Positions 54,045 to 63,474 of a DNA stretch of 64,000 nt are shown piece after piece. The position numbers and the translations under genes were made by a program. Source of the stretch: Deltaproteobacteria bacterium. Lineage in GTDB: Bacteria; Myxococcota_A; UBA9160; PR03. The first letter of the stretch is position 1. Each line of letters opens with the position of its first letter. Under the pieces are notes generated by a model. It was not told the origin of the DNA, did not search any database, and saw only the letters and a program-made list of their open reading frames with translations. The stretch is taken from positions 64,854 to 128,853 of the forward strand of contig JAPSFT010000011.1 in the NCBI GenBank assembly GCA_035063765.1, given 5' to 3'.

Positions 54045-55571
54045 GTGAAGCGGGTACTTCTCGCATGGTTGGGTCGAACCGACCTCGACTGCGCACGTGC
54101 GAATCGCCCGGCATCGCCGGGGCCGACCGCGAGCGTGATCGAAGCGCGCACCTTTGACGAACTGGTGCTGCTCTCGAACTATCCCCGCGAGGAGTCAGCG
54201 GACTATGTGCGTTGGCTTCAGGAGCGGGGAAGCCCGCGAGTGCATCTGCTGACATCGGACCTGGGCGATCCGACGGACTACAGCGGCATCCACGACGCAG
54301 TTCTTCACTCCATGGAGTTCGTGGAACGAGAGCTCGGACCCGATGCCGAGCTCGCGATCCACATCAGCCCAGGAACACCCGCTATGCAAGCGGTCTGGGT
54401 GCTTCTGGCCAAGACCCGCTTCCCCGCTGAGTTGATCCAGTCGCACGAGAAGACGGGCGTCCGGACGGTCTCGATCCCGTTCGATATCTCCGCCGAGTAC
54501 GTGCCGGATGTGTTGCGGCGCACCGACGAGAAGCTCCAACGCCTCAGCGATGGGCTGCCGCCCGAGGCGCCCGAGTTCGATCAGATCATTCGACGGAGCC
54601 CGGCGATGGAACGTGCCGTGGCCCGCGCCCGCCTGGTAGCACCGCGAAACGTTCCTGTGCTGATCGAGGGAGAGTCGGGCACTGGCAAGGAACTCTTCGC
54701 GCGGGCCATTCATGCGTCCAGCCCTAGGTCCTCCGGTCCGTTCGAGGCGGTGAACTGCGGAGCACTTCCTCGCGAGCTCGTGGAGTCCTTGCTGTTCGGG
54801 CACGAAAGGGGGGCGTTCACTGGCGCAACTCAGCAGCACAAGGGCCACTTCGAGGTGGCGAGCGGTGGCACGCTCTTTCTCGATGAAGTCGGTGAACTTC
54901 CGCTGGATGCGCAGGTCAAGCTGCTGAGAGTTCTACAGGAACGACAGGTTCGGCGTATGGGTTCGGATCGCACGATTTCGGTCGATGTGAGGATCATCGC
55001 AGCGACCAACCGGAATCTCCTTGAGGAAGCGGCAGCCGGCCGCTTCCGTGAGGACCTCTATCACCGGCTCGCAGTAGGTGTGATTCGGCTTCCTGCGCTT
55101 CGCGACCGCCAAGGCGATCTCAGCTTGCTGATCGAGCGCCTGCTCGAGCGGATCAACCAGGAGGCGGCCTCCCAGCCGGGCTACGCACACAAGGAACTCT
55201 CTCCTGCCGCAAGAAGTCTTCTGATCGCCCACTCGTGGCCCGGTAACGTGCGAGAACTCCAGAACACGCTGCTACGACTGTCGATTTGGACCTCGGGCCC
55301 GCGGATCGGAGTCGATGACGTCCGAGAGGAGCTCCTGCAAGTCGGGTCTGGATCGAGATCGGACCTGCTCGGCCGGCCGCTCGGAGAGGGGCTGCAAGTT
55401 CGCGATCTCGTGGCAGAATTGGCCCGCCACTACATCGAGCGTGCCCTCCAGGAGGCTGGGGGCAACAAGACGCGAGCTGCCAAGCTACTCGGTATGGCGA
55501 GTTACCAGACCCTCACGGACTGGATGAAGAGATACGGGATCAAGCTGCCCAGGAAGAGGCGGGAAGGGTGA
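54045..55571 (+). CDS. Sigma-54-dependent transcriptional activator with RtcR-like (CARF-type) N-terminal sensor domain
   Basis: 508-aa ORF with a GTG start and GAGAAGG about 8 nt upstream. The N-domain begins [14 protein letters not shown] and contains [30 protein letters not shown]. As I remember it, E. coli RtcR has ...IHITTGTHVAQICWFLLAEARYLPARLIQS. The AAA+ core has [25 protein letters not shown] and FLDEVGEL. The C-terminus is a Fis-type HTH ([25 protein letters not shown]). Confidence 0.85.
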   Translation: MKRVLLAWLGRTDLDCARANRPASPGPTASVIEARTFDELVLLSNYPREESADYVRWLQERGSPRVHLLTSDLGDPTDYSGIHDAVLHSMEFVERELGPDAELAIHISPGTPAMQAVWVLLAKTRFPAELIQSHEKTGVRTVSIPFDISAEYVPDVLRRTDEKLQRLSDGLPPEAPEFDQIIRRSPAMERAVARARLVAPRNVPVLIEGESGTGKELFARAIHASSPRSSGPFEAVNCGALPRELVESLLFGHERGAFTGATQQHKGHFEVASGGTLFLDEVGELPLDAQVKLLRVLQERQVRRMGSDRTISVDVRIIAATNRNLLEEAAAGRFREDLYHRLAVGVIRLPALRDRQGDLSLLIERLLERINQEAASQPGYAHKELSPAARSLLIAHSWPGNVRELQNTLLRLSIWTSGPRIGVDDVREELLQVGSGSRSDLLGRPLGEGLQVRDLVAELARHYIERALQEAGGNKTRAAKLLGMASYQTLTDWMKRYGIKLPRKRREG

Positions 55572-55587
55572 CGGCACGGGGATTGCT
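55572..55587 (+). promoter_or_regulatory. Candidate sigma-54 (-24/-12) promoter upstream of hsdR
   Basis: The sequence CGGCACGGGGATTGCT begins one nt after the activator stop codon. Against the consensus TGGCACG-N4-TTGCW, only the first T is replaced. The GG and GC dinucleotides have canonical spacing. The site is about 58 nt upstream of the hsdR GTG (55645), which itself has GGAG 8 nt upstream. Confidence 0.65.
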
Positions 55588-55644
55588 CCAGAGGCTCCGC
55601 GAGCCCCTTATGGCACATCGCATCCGGGGGCCGGAGCCCTATTC

Positions 55645-58600
55645 GTGCCCTTGGACCATCTCCCGCCGAGTCCGTGGAACCCGATACTCCGAGACGGCCG
55701 CGAGGGCCACGTCTTGGTGAAGTCGATCAACTTCGAGTTCCTGCGAGCAAAACGCACCTACCTGGCCGACCTGGGCGGCTTCGCCGAGCAGTACCTCCAT
55801 CCCGATCCCGCGAGTGCACTGATCAAGCTCCGCACCTTCGCGGAGGCGATGACGAACGACCTTTACACCGCATTGGGCCTCCGCCAGCCCTTCGAGGCCG
55901 ACTTCTTCACCCTTCTGGACGGCCAGCCGTTCAAAGACGCTGTTCCTCAGGTGGTGCTGACGAAGATCCACGCCGTCCGAAAGCTTGGGAACAAGGCGGC
56001 CCACGGCGGCGCCGTCAGCTTCGATATGGCGGGGCGTGCCCTCCACGAGGCCTACCACCTCGGCAGCTGGCTTCACCTCGCCGTGGACAAGGGCTCCCAG
56101 AGCGATTGCCCGAAGTTCACGGTGCCTCCCGCTGGCGGTGTTGCAGAGTCGACCCGGGCTGACCTGAAGCGTGAGAAGAAGGCAGCGCTTGAGAAGCTGG
56201 CCGCCCAGGAAGCACAGATGGAGAAGCTCCTCTCGGAGCTTGACGCGGCCCGCGCGAAAGCCGAGTCCGCCGAAAAGTCTGCGCAGGAGCTCCAGCTCAT
56301 CATTCAGTCCGGCCAGCAGGCCGCGAGCGAGCTCTCCTTCAGCGAAGCCGAGACCCGAAAGTTCCTCGTCGAGACCATGCTGGTCGCGGCTGGCTGGGAT
56401 GTCGGAGCCGCGGGCAAGAGCACCACGGACGTCGGCCAGGAGGTGGACGTCGAGCACCAACCGACGGAGACAGGGCACGGCAAGGCGGATTACGTCCTTT
56501 GGGACGACGCCAGCAGGCCCCTTGCCGTTGTCGAAGTCAAGAAGACCTCGATTGAGGCCGCTTTGGGCCGCCACCAGGCCCGCCTCTACGCCGATGGCCT
56601 CGAGCAGATGTACGGCCAGCGTCCGGTGATCTTTTACACGAATGGCTTCGACCTCTACCTGTGGGACGATGCCCAGAACGAGGTCGATCGCAAGATCTAC
56701 GGCTTCTACTCGAAGGACAGCCTCGCCTACCTGCACTTCCAGCGTGCCAGCCGCGTCCCTCTCCACGAGGTACCCATCAGTCGAGAGATTGCAGGACGCC
56801 TGTACCAGGTGGAGGCCGTGAAGCGCGTCGGCGAGCGCTTCGACCAGGGACGCCGCAGGGCGTTGATCGTACAGGCCACAGGCACGGGCAAGACCCGCGT
56901 CGCGGCATCGCTCGCCGATGTCTTGCTGCGAGCCAACCGGGCCAAGCGGATCCTGTTTCTCTGCGACCGCCGCGAGCTTCGCAAACAGGCCCTGAACACC
57001 TTTAAGCAGCTCCTCCCGAACGCCAAGCGGGTATCGGTCACCGCCAAGACCGCCCAGGAGCGCGAGCACCAGATCTACCTGGCCACCTATCCGGCGATGA
57101 GGACCTGCTTTGAGAGCTTCGACGTGGGCTTCTTCGACCTGGTGATCGCCGACGAGTCGCACCGCAGCATCTACAACCGCTACAAGGACCTCTTCGACTA
57201 CTTCGACGCGCTCCAGGTGGGGCTCACGGCCACGCCGGTGCGCTTCATCGACCGCAACACCTATGACCTCTTCGGCTGCGAGGATCAGGACCCCACCGCG
57301 CACTACCCCCTCGATCGCGCCATCGACGAGGGCGTTCTCCTCCCCTTCCGCGTGCGGGCGTATCAGACCGAGTTCCAGCGCAAGGGCATGAAATGGAAGG
57401 AGATGAGCGAGTCCCAGCGGGCTCAGCTCGAGCAGCAGATGGCGAATGCAGAGAGCTTCGACTACGAGGCCGCAGAGCTCGACCGCTACGTCTTCAACAA
57501 GGACACCAACCGCGCGATGCTCCGCAAACTGATGGAGAGCGGCATCCGCGACGCAACCGGCCAAGCGCCCGGCAAGTCCATCGTCTTCGCCCGCAGCCAC
57601 CGCCACGCCATCCTGCTGAAGGAGCTTTTCGACGAGCTCTATCCGCAGTACGGCGGAAGTTTCTGCACCGTGATCGACAACTACGACCCGCGCGCCGAGC
57701 AACTGATCGACGACTTCAAGGGCCAGGGCCAGCACAACGACATCCAGATCGCGATCTCGGTCGACATGCTCGACACCGGCATCGACGTCCCCGAGATCGT
57801 GAACCTGGTCTTCGCGAAGCCCGTCAAGTCCTACGTCAAGTTCTGGCAGATGATCGGGCGCGGAACCCGCAGGTGCGAGAACCTCTTCGGCCCGGGTGAG
57901 CACAAGAAGGAGTTCCTCGTCTTCGACCACTGGGGCAACTTCGAGTTCTTCGGCGAGACCTACGTCGAACCGACGCCGTCGCCTCGCAAGTCGCTGCTGC
58001 ACCAGCTCTTCGAGGCCCGCGTGGAGCTGGCCGAGGCCGCGCTTCACCGGCCTGATCTGCCCACCTTCGAGGCGGTGATCGAGCTCCTGCGCCAGGACAT
58101 CGCGAGCCTCCAGGACACGGGCACCATCGCGGTGCGCGACGCATGGCGGACCCTCAAGAAGGTTGCCGACGCCCAGATCCTCAAGCAGTTCGACCCGGCC
58201 ACCCGGGCGGCCCTCCTACAGGAGGTCGCACCGTTGATGAAGGAGCGCGACATCCGCGGCCACGTCGAGGCCCACGAGTTCGATCTCCTTGTGACGCGCC
58301 TCCAGCGGGCGCAGATCACGGGCTCGAGCGAGCTCCAGGACCTGAAGGGCGACCTGCTGAACGCCCTCGCCCAGCTCAAGATGAACCTCGCTCAGGTAAA
58401 GGCCAAGGCCCAGACCATTGCCCACGTGAAGAGCGTCGCCTTTTGGGCCGAGCCGACCTTCGGCGCGCTGGAGGAGGCCCGGCTCGAGTTGCGGTCCATC
58501 ATGAAGTTGCGCGAGCGCCCTGCGGGTCCGGCCGACTACGCCCAGCTAGTCGATATCGCGGAGGACCTCTCGCTCGTCCGCGACGCCGACTACCCCGTCA

Positions 58601-59133
58601 AGATCGAGGGGCTCGATCAGGTGGGCTACCGCAAGCGCGTCGAGCAGGTGCTGCGCGACCTCGTCGCCAGCAATGGGACGCTGCAGAAGATCAAGGCCGG
58701 CCAGCCTGTGACCTCCCATGACCTCGACGATCTGGTGAGCCTCGTGCTCACCCAGAACCCCGATGTCGATCTCGCCAAGCTCGAGCAGCTCTATCCCAAG
58801 ACCGCGGGGCACCTCGACCTGGCGATCCGCCGTGTCATCGGCCTCGACGCGGATGCCGTCGAGAAGCGCTTCGAAGCGTTCGTCCACCAGCACCAGGCGC
58901 TCAATGCGCGCCAGGTGCGCTTCCTGAGCCTCCTCAAGAGCCTGATCGCGAGCGCCGGCAGCATCGAACTCGAGCGCCTTTACGAGCCGCCCTTCACGAC
59001 GCTCGATCCCGACGGCATCGATGGGCTCTTCGAAGACGAGGCTCAGATCGACGAGCTTCTCGGCCTCATCGCCAGCTTCGAGAATCCCGAACCCATCCCG
59101 GCCAACCCCGGTCCCGAAGGTCTCCATTCATGA
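55645..59133 (+). CDS. hsdR: Type I restriction enzyme R subunit with N-terminal DUF4145-like domain and coiled coil
   Basis: 1162-aa ORF. Its elements are:
- a DUF4145-like block ([17 protein letters not shown])
- a coiled coil (about residues 170-230)
- the PD-(D/E)xK nuclease ([10 protein letters not shown]...LAVVEVKK)
- SF2 motifs [23 protein letters not shown] and QMIGRGTR
- a long helical C-terminal region like the EcoEI-type R C-terminus. Confidence 0.9.
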   Translation: MPLDHLPPSPWNPILRDGREGHVLVKSINFEFLRAKRTYLADLGGFAEQYLHPDPASALIKLRTFAEAMTNDLYTALGLRQPFEADFFTLLDGQPFKDAVPQVVLTKIHAVRKLGNKAAHGGAVSFDMAGRALHEAYHLGSWLHLAVDKGSQSDCPKFTVPPAGGVAESTRADLKREKKAALEKLAAQEAQMEKLLSELDAARAKAESAEKSAQELQLIIQSGQQAASELSFSEAETRKFLVETMLVAAGWDVGAAGKSTTDVGQEVDVEHQPTETGHGKADYVLWDDASRPLAVVEVKKTSIEAALGRHQARLYADGLEQMYGQRPVIFYTNGFDLYLWDDAQNEVDRKIYGFYSKDSLAYLHFQRASRVPLHEVPISREIAGRLYQVEAVKRVGERFDQGRRRALIVQATGTGKTRVAASLADVLLRANRAKRILFLCDRRELRKQALNTFKQLLPNAKRVSVTAKTAQEREHQIYLATYPAMRTCFESFDVGFFDLVIADESHRSIYNRYKDLFDYFDALQVGLTATPVRFIDRNTYDLFGCEDQDPTAHYPLDRAIDEGVLLPFRVRAYQTEFQRKGMKWKEMSESQRAQLEQQMANAESFDYEAAELDRYVFNKDTNRAMLRKLMESGIRDATGQAPGKSIVFARSHRHAILLKELFDELYPQYGGSFCTVIDNYDPRAEQLIDDFKGQGQHNDIQIAISVDMLDTGIDVPEIVNLVFAKPVKSYVKFWQMIGRGTRRCENLFGPGEHKKEFLVFDHWGNFEFFGETYVEPTPSPRKSLLHQLFEARVELAEAALHRPDLPTFEAVIELLRQDIASLQDTGTIAVRDAWRTLKKVADAQILKQFDPATRAALLQEVAPLMKERDIRGHVEAHEFDLLVTRLQRAQITGSSELQDLKGDLLNALAQLKMNLAQVKAKAQTIAHVKSVAFWAEPTFGALEEARLELRSIMKLRERPAGPADYAQLVDIAEDLSLVRDADYPVKIEGLDQVGYRKRVEQVLRDLVASNGTLQKIKAGQPVTSHDLDDLVSLVLTQNPDVDLAKLEQLYPKTAGHLDLAIRRVIGLDADAVEKRFEAFVHQHQALNARQVRFLSLLKSLIASAGSIELERLYEPPFTTLDPDGIDGLFEDEAQIDELLGLIASFENPEPIPANPGPEGLHS

Positions 59134-60686
59134 TCACCGGCAAGCTCCGCAGTCAGATCGACAACCTCTGGACCCAGTTCTGGACCGGCGGCATAACAAA
59201 TCCGCTCACGGTCATCGAGCAGATCTCCTTCCTGATGTTCGCCCGCCTGCTCGACATCCGGGAGACGCGCGAAGAGCGCGTCTTCACTCGCAAGCACCGC
59301 GGCGAGGCTTTTCCCGGGAATCTCTTCGGGCCCGACAAGCAGCACCTACGCTGGTCGAAGTTCAAGCACGAGGGCGATGCCGCGCGCATGCTTGCCCTCG
59401 TTCGCGACGAGCTCTTCGCGCACATTCGTGCCGTCGCAGAGAAGCAGGATCGCCTGGGCGAGCACATGAAGGATGCCCAGCTCATCATCTCGAAGCCCAG
59501 TCTGCTCTACGCCGCCGTGAAGCTGATCGATGAGCTGCCGCTGGGCGAGGGCGACACCAAGGGCGATCTCTACGAGTACCTGCTCAGCAAACTCACCACG
59601 GCGGGCATCAACGGCCAGTTCCGCACGCCGCGCCACATCATCGACGTCATGGTGGCAATGGTGGACCCGAAGCCCACTGAGAAGGTGGGGGACCCGGCAG
59701 CCGGCACGGCGGGCTTCCTCGTGCAGACGATGCAGTACCTGCTGCGCAAGTACTCGTCGGCGGAGGGTCAGTTCCCGGCCGAGGGCGAGGACGGGCGGCC
59801 GGTGCTCGGCGACGATGGCAAGTCCGTCATGGTCTACACGGGCGACCTCCTCGAGCCGTACCGCGACCACATCCAGAAGGGGATGTTTTACGGCTTCGAT
59901 TTCGACGTCACGATGCTCCGCATCGCAGCTATGAACCTGATGCTCCACGACGTCGCCAACCCGCACATCTACTATCAGGACACGCTCAGTCGCGGTTTTC
60001 GTGAAACGCGCCCCGAACTCGCCGAGAACCACTTCGACGTCATCCTCGCTAACCCGCCGTTCAAGGGCAGCCTGGACGCCGAGGACATCGACCCAACCCT
60101 CACAGCCAAGATCAAGACCAAGAAGACAGAGCTGCTTTTCCTGGTCCTCATGCTCCGCATGCTGAAGAACCCTGGCGGCCGCGCCGCGGTGATCGTGCCC
60201 GAGGGCGTGCTGTTCGGCAGTTCGAATGCGCACGTTGCGCTTCGACAGATGCTGGTAGAAGAGAACCAGCTAGAGGCGGTGATCTCGCTTCCGTCTGGTG
60301 TGTTCAAGCCCTATGCGGGGGTCTCTACTGCGATCCTGGTCTTCACTCGCGGCGGCGAGACGACTGACGTCTTCTTCTACGACGTGCGCGCAGATGGGTT
60401 CTCCTTAGACGACAAGCGCGAACGCGTTGCAGGCGACGATCTGCCCGACTGCTTGTCGCGATGGCAACAGCGCAATGAGATCGGCCTTGGTGACCGTGCA
60501 GCGCAGTGTTTCTCAGTGATGGCTAACGAGATTCGCTCATCTAGCTACAGGCTTTCGTTCGCCGAATACAAAGCGACGCCCTATGTCGAACCTGACCTAG
60601 ACGACCCGACGGCATTGCTTCAGAGGCTTCGCGACCTTGAACGTGAGACTTCTGCGCGACTCGATGAGCTTGAGGACCTGCTGTGA
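59130..60686 (+). CDS. hsdM: Type I restriction-modification N6-adenine DNA methyltransferase subunit
   Basis: The ATG at 59130 overlaps the hsdR stop (ATGA). It has an HsdM N-domain ([30 protein letters not shown]), SAM binding ([13 protein letters not shown]) and the catalytic [10 protein letters not shown]. Confidence 0.95.
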   Translation: MITGKLRSQIDNLWTQFWTGGITNPLTVIEQISFLMFARLLDIRETREERVFTRKHRGEAFPGNLFGPDKQHLRWSKFKHEGDAARMLALVRDELFAHIRAVAEKQDRLGEHMKDAQLIISKPSLLYAAVKLIDELPLGEGDTKGDLYEYLLSKLTTAGINGQFRTPRHIIDVMVAMVDPKPTEKVGDPAAGTAGFLVQTMQYLLRKYSSAEGQFPAEGEDGRPVLGDDGKSVMVYTGDLLEPYRDHIQKGMFYGFDFDVTMLRIAAMNLMLHDVANPHIYYQDTLSRGFRETRPELAENHFDVILANPPFKGSLDAEDIDPTLTAKIKTKKTELLFLVLMLRMLKNPGGRAAVIVPEGVLFGSSNAHVALRQMLVEENQLEAVISLPSGVFKPYAGVSTAILVFTRGGETTDVFFYDVRADGFSLDDKRERVAGDDLPDCLSRWQQRNEIGLGDRAAQCFSVMANEIRSSSYRLSFAEYKATPYVEPDLDDPTALLQRLRDLERETSARLDELEDLL

Positions 60687-61870
60687 GCACCGCCACCATC
60701 GTGCCGAGATGGCGCCCCCTGGAGGAGGTGGCGCCGACTGCATCTGAGCGTGTGCATCCGTTCACGGGTGAGAGGCGATACGTAGCAACGGGAGGGATTG
60801 ACGGGGGCGTCATCACGGACTCTGACATGGTCACGCACAGCATGAGGCCGACTCGAGCGGATCTGGCTGTAAGACCTGGCGACGTCATCTGGGCCAAAAT
60901 GAGGGCAACTACGAAGGTCTTTCACGTCGGCAAAGAGGATGCGTCGACCATCTTCTCAACCGGCTTCGTGGCGAGCCGCCCTCGGAAGGATCTAGTGCAC
61001 TCCCGCTACCTGTATCACTTTTTGAGGTCACCACTCTTTCAGCATAGGAAAGATCAGCTTTGCACGGGCTCAACGCAGAAGGCGATCACCAAGACCGGAC
61101 AAGCGAAGCTTCAATTCCCCTGGCTTCCGCTCGAGAATCAAGAGAGGGCAGCAGCGATTCTCGACCACGCGGAGGCGATTGAATCCAAAAAAAGACTCGC
61201 CATTGTGCTTGGGACCCAACTTGGGGACGCGTTGTTCCGCGAAGCGATCGCATCAGACGCAGAGGATCTCGAGATTGGCGAAATGCTACAGCGTGGAATT
61301 CTGATGCTTCATAAGGATGGCAACTTTGGAAGTGCCTACCCTCGCGCGAGAGACTTCACAGACGAAGGTGTTCCTTTTCTTACTGCAGCGAGCGTCACAG
61401 ACGAGGGGAAGCTTGAGGAGCGATCCGTTCAACGCTTGAGAGAAGAGAAGGCACAAGCTCTCCGATTCGGTTGGATCGAGAAGGGAGATGTTCTCCTCTC
61501 TCACAACGCAACGGTCGGCCGCGTCCTCTTGTATCGGGGAGAGTACAAACGCGCTTTGATCGGAACATCGCTGACTGCATTCCGACCCGATCCTAAGCGA
61601 CTGTTGCCCACCTTCCTGTTCGGTGCGTTGCGATCTTCGAGGTTCCAGGACGCTCTGAAAGCCAAGATGGCGCAAACAACAAGGAACCAGGTCCCCATAA
61701 CTGCGCAACGGCGATTGCGTCTTCCGTATGCACCAATGGGTGCTCAAGTTCGTTATGCGGAGTGCGCGAAGTCGGCAATGAGTCTCCAGCAACAGCTGGC
61801 GATTGCTCGCTTGGCCGCAGATGGCTTGCTGGCCGCATTGTCGAATCAAGCGTTCCGGGGTGCGCTCTGA
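60683..61870 (+). CDS. hsdS: Type I restriction-modification specificity subunit
   Basis: The GTG at 60683 overlaps the hsdM stop (GTGA). The 395-aa product has two variable target-recognition halves separated by helical conserved regions ([20 protein letters not shown]; [28 protein letters not shown]). This gene has the lowest G+C of the island by eye. Confidence 0.85.
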   Translation: MSTATIVPRWRPLEEVAPTASERVHPFTGERRYVATGGIDGGVITDSDMVTHSMRPTRADLAVRPGDVIWAKMRATTKVFHVGKEDASTIFSTGFVASRPRKDLVHSRYLYHFLRSPLFQHRKDQLCTGSTQKAITKTGQAKLQFPWLPLENQERAAAILDHAEAIESKKRLAIVLGTQLGDALFREAIASDAEDLEIGEMLQRGILMLHKDGNFGSAYPRARDFTDEGVPFLTAASVTDEGKLEERSVQRLREEKAQALRFGWIEKGDVLLSHNATVGRVLLYRGEYKRALIGTSLTAFRPDPKRLLPTFLFGALRSSRFQDALKAKMAQTTRNQVPITAQRRLRLPYAPMGAQVRYAECAKSAMSLQQQLAIARLAADGLLAALSNQAFRGAL

Positions 61871-63474
61871 TGATCACCGCTCTGGAAGTCGACAACTTCA
61901 AGGGCATCGGCCGTCCGATCCGCATCGAGCTGCGCCCTATCACGCTCCTCTTCGGCCGGAACAGTGCGGGCAAGAGCACAATCCTGCACGCGCTCCACTA
62001 CGCGCACGAGATCCTGAGTCGACGGAACCTCGACCCGGACGCCACTCATCACGGAGGTGATGTCGTCGATCTGGGCGGGTTCCGGAGCTTCGTGCACGCC
62101 CAGGACACGAGCCGTGTGGTTCGCCTGCGCTTTGAACTCGACTTGACCAAGCATGAGCTCCCCGAGCTTCCAATGCTCGAGTCGGCTGCCGATGCCGACG
62201 AAGCCGAGGAGCTGCAGAGTCTGGAGCTCTTCGATGAAGGGCTGAGCACCGAGATTAGGTCCGGCTGGGTTGAGCTCCAGGTGCGGTGGAGTGGTGCGCG
62301 CAAGGCTCCGACCCTGCGCACCTATGAAGTGGGGATGAATGGCGAGGTGATCGGCCGGATCGAATCCAATGACGACGGTGCACAGGTGGATCTGTTTCCG
62401 AACCTGGCGCATCCCCTATTCGCGTACGACGGCCGGATCCCGGAGGAGGAGCGGCCGAGTCGCGAGGAGGTGGCATCGCGGTGGATCAGCGACACGCCTG
62501 GATCTGAGGCCGAGTACTGGCGCGGCCATCGCCTGCCTGTGGGTGGACTCGCGCGATCGAGCCTGCCCCGCTGGGGAGAGCTCCTCGCGCTTGACTACGA
62601 CGAGCAAGATGATTTCTACGCCTACCCGTTTCGGGAGTTTCGCTATCGCGTCTCGACGCTGATGGTGGGCCTGGGGCAGCTCCTCAAAGATGAAGTGGCA
62701 CAACTCCGGTACGTTGGGCCTATGCGTGACGTGCTCGCTCGCACGTACGCGTCTCCCCGCTACCTAGAGCCGCACCGCTGGGCGAGCGGGCTCGGTGCCT
62801 GGGATCGGATGCATACCCTTGGGCCTGAGTTCGTCGCGGGAGTGAGCGATTGGCTTTCCGACTCCGAGAAGCTCGACACGGGCTACGGCCTGGCGCTGAG
62901 GTCCTTCATCGAGCTTCCAGAGGACAGCGCACTCTGGCTCTCGATCGAGCGCGGCACATTCCTCGACATGTGGGACGATCTCGCCGCCGAGTTTCAGTCA
63001 CTCGAGAAGAGAACAGCGTTCCGCTTGGTGGACCCCACGTCCAGGATCGCCGTCCATCCCGCAGACGTCGGGGTGGGCGTCTCACAGGTCGTGCCGGTCG
63101 TGGTCGCTGCTCTCGATCCTGATCGGCCGAGCCTGACCGCAATCGAACAGCCTGAGCTCCACATTCATCCCAAGGTGCAGGTGGGGCTCGGTGATCTCTT
63201 CGCGAGCCAAATCGGAGACGGTACCCGCCGCTTCCTGCTCGAGACGCACAGCGAGCACCTGATGCTGCGATTGCTGCGGCGAATCGAGGAGACCCATTCC
63301 GGTGATCTACCGCCCGGTGCGCCAGCGCTTCGGCCTGACCAAGTGGCCGTCGTCTTCATCGAGCAGATCGAGGGGGAGGTCAAGGCGACCCAACTGCGCA
63401 TCGACGAATCGGGGGAGTTCGTCGATCGCTGGCCCCATGGCTTCTTCGAGGAGCGAGCGGAAGAGCTGCTCTGA
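61870..63474 (+). CDS. ABC/OLD-like AAA ATPase (AAA_15/21-type, DUF3696-like C-terminus) linked to the R-M operon
   Basis: The ATG at 61870 overlaps the hsdS stop (TGATG). It has Walker A LLFGRNSAGKST, then IEQPELHIHP and FLLETHSEHL (Walker B/H-loop style of OLD/ABC ATPases). The C-terminal IDESGEFVDRWPHGFFEERAEEL follows. No nuclease domain was recognised. Confidence 0.8.
   Translation: MITALEVDNFKGIGRPIRIELRPITLLFGRNSAGKSTILHALHYAHEILSRRNLDPDATHHGGDVVDLGGFRSFVHAQDTSRVVRLRFELDLTKHELPELPMLESAADADEAEELQSLELFDEGLSTEIRSGWVELQVRWSGARKAPTLRTYEVGMNGEVIGRIESNDDGAQVDLFPNLAHPLFAYDGRIPEEERPSREEVASRWISDTPGSEAEYWRGHRLPVGGLARSSLPRWGELLALDYDEQDDFYAYPFREFRYRVSTLMVGLGQLLKDEVAQLRYVGPMRDVLARTYASPRYLEPHRWASGLGAWDRMHTLGPEFVAGVSDWLSDSEKLDTGYGLALRSFIELPEDSALWLSIERGTFLDMWDDLAAEFQSLEKRTAFRLVDPTSRIAVHPADVGVGVSQVVPVVVAALDPDRPSLTAIEQPELHIHPKVQVGLGDLFASQIGDGTRRFLLETHSEHLMLRLLRRIEETHSGDLPPGAPALRPDQVAVVFIEQIEGEVKATQLRIDESGEFVDRWPHGFFEERAEELL

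Noticed and set aside
55611-55626. Second TGGCAC hexamer (tggcacatcgcatccg) 39 nt downstream of the proposed sigma-54 promoter
   Set aside because: The -24-like element is perfect. At the position where TTGC is required the sequence is ATCC (no GC dinucleotide), so I do not call it a second promoter. It could still contribute to sigma-54 binding, and this needs a PWM score.
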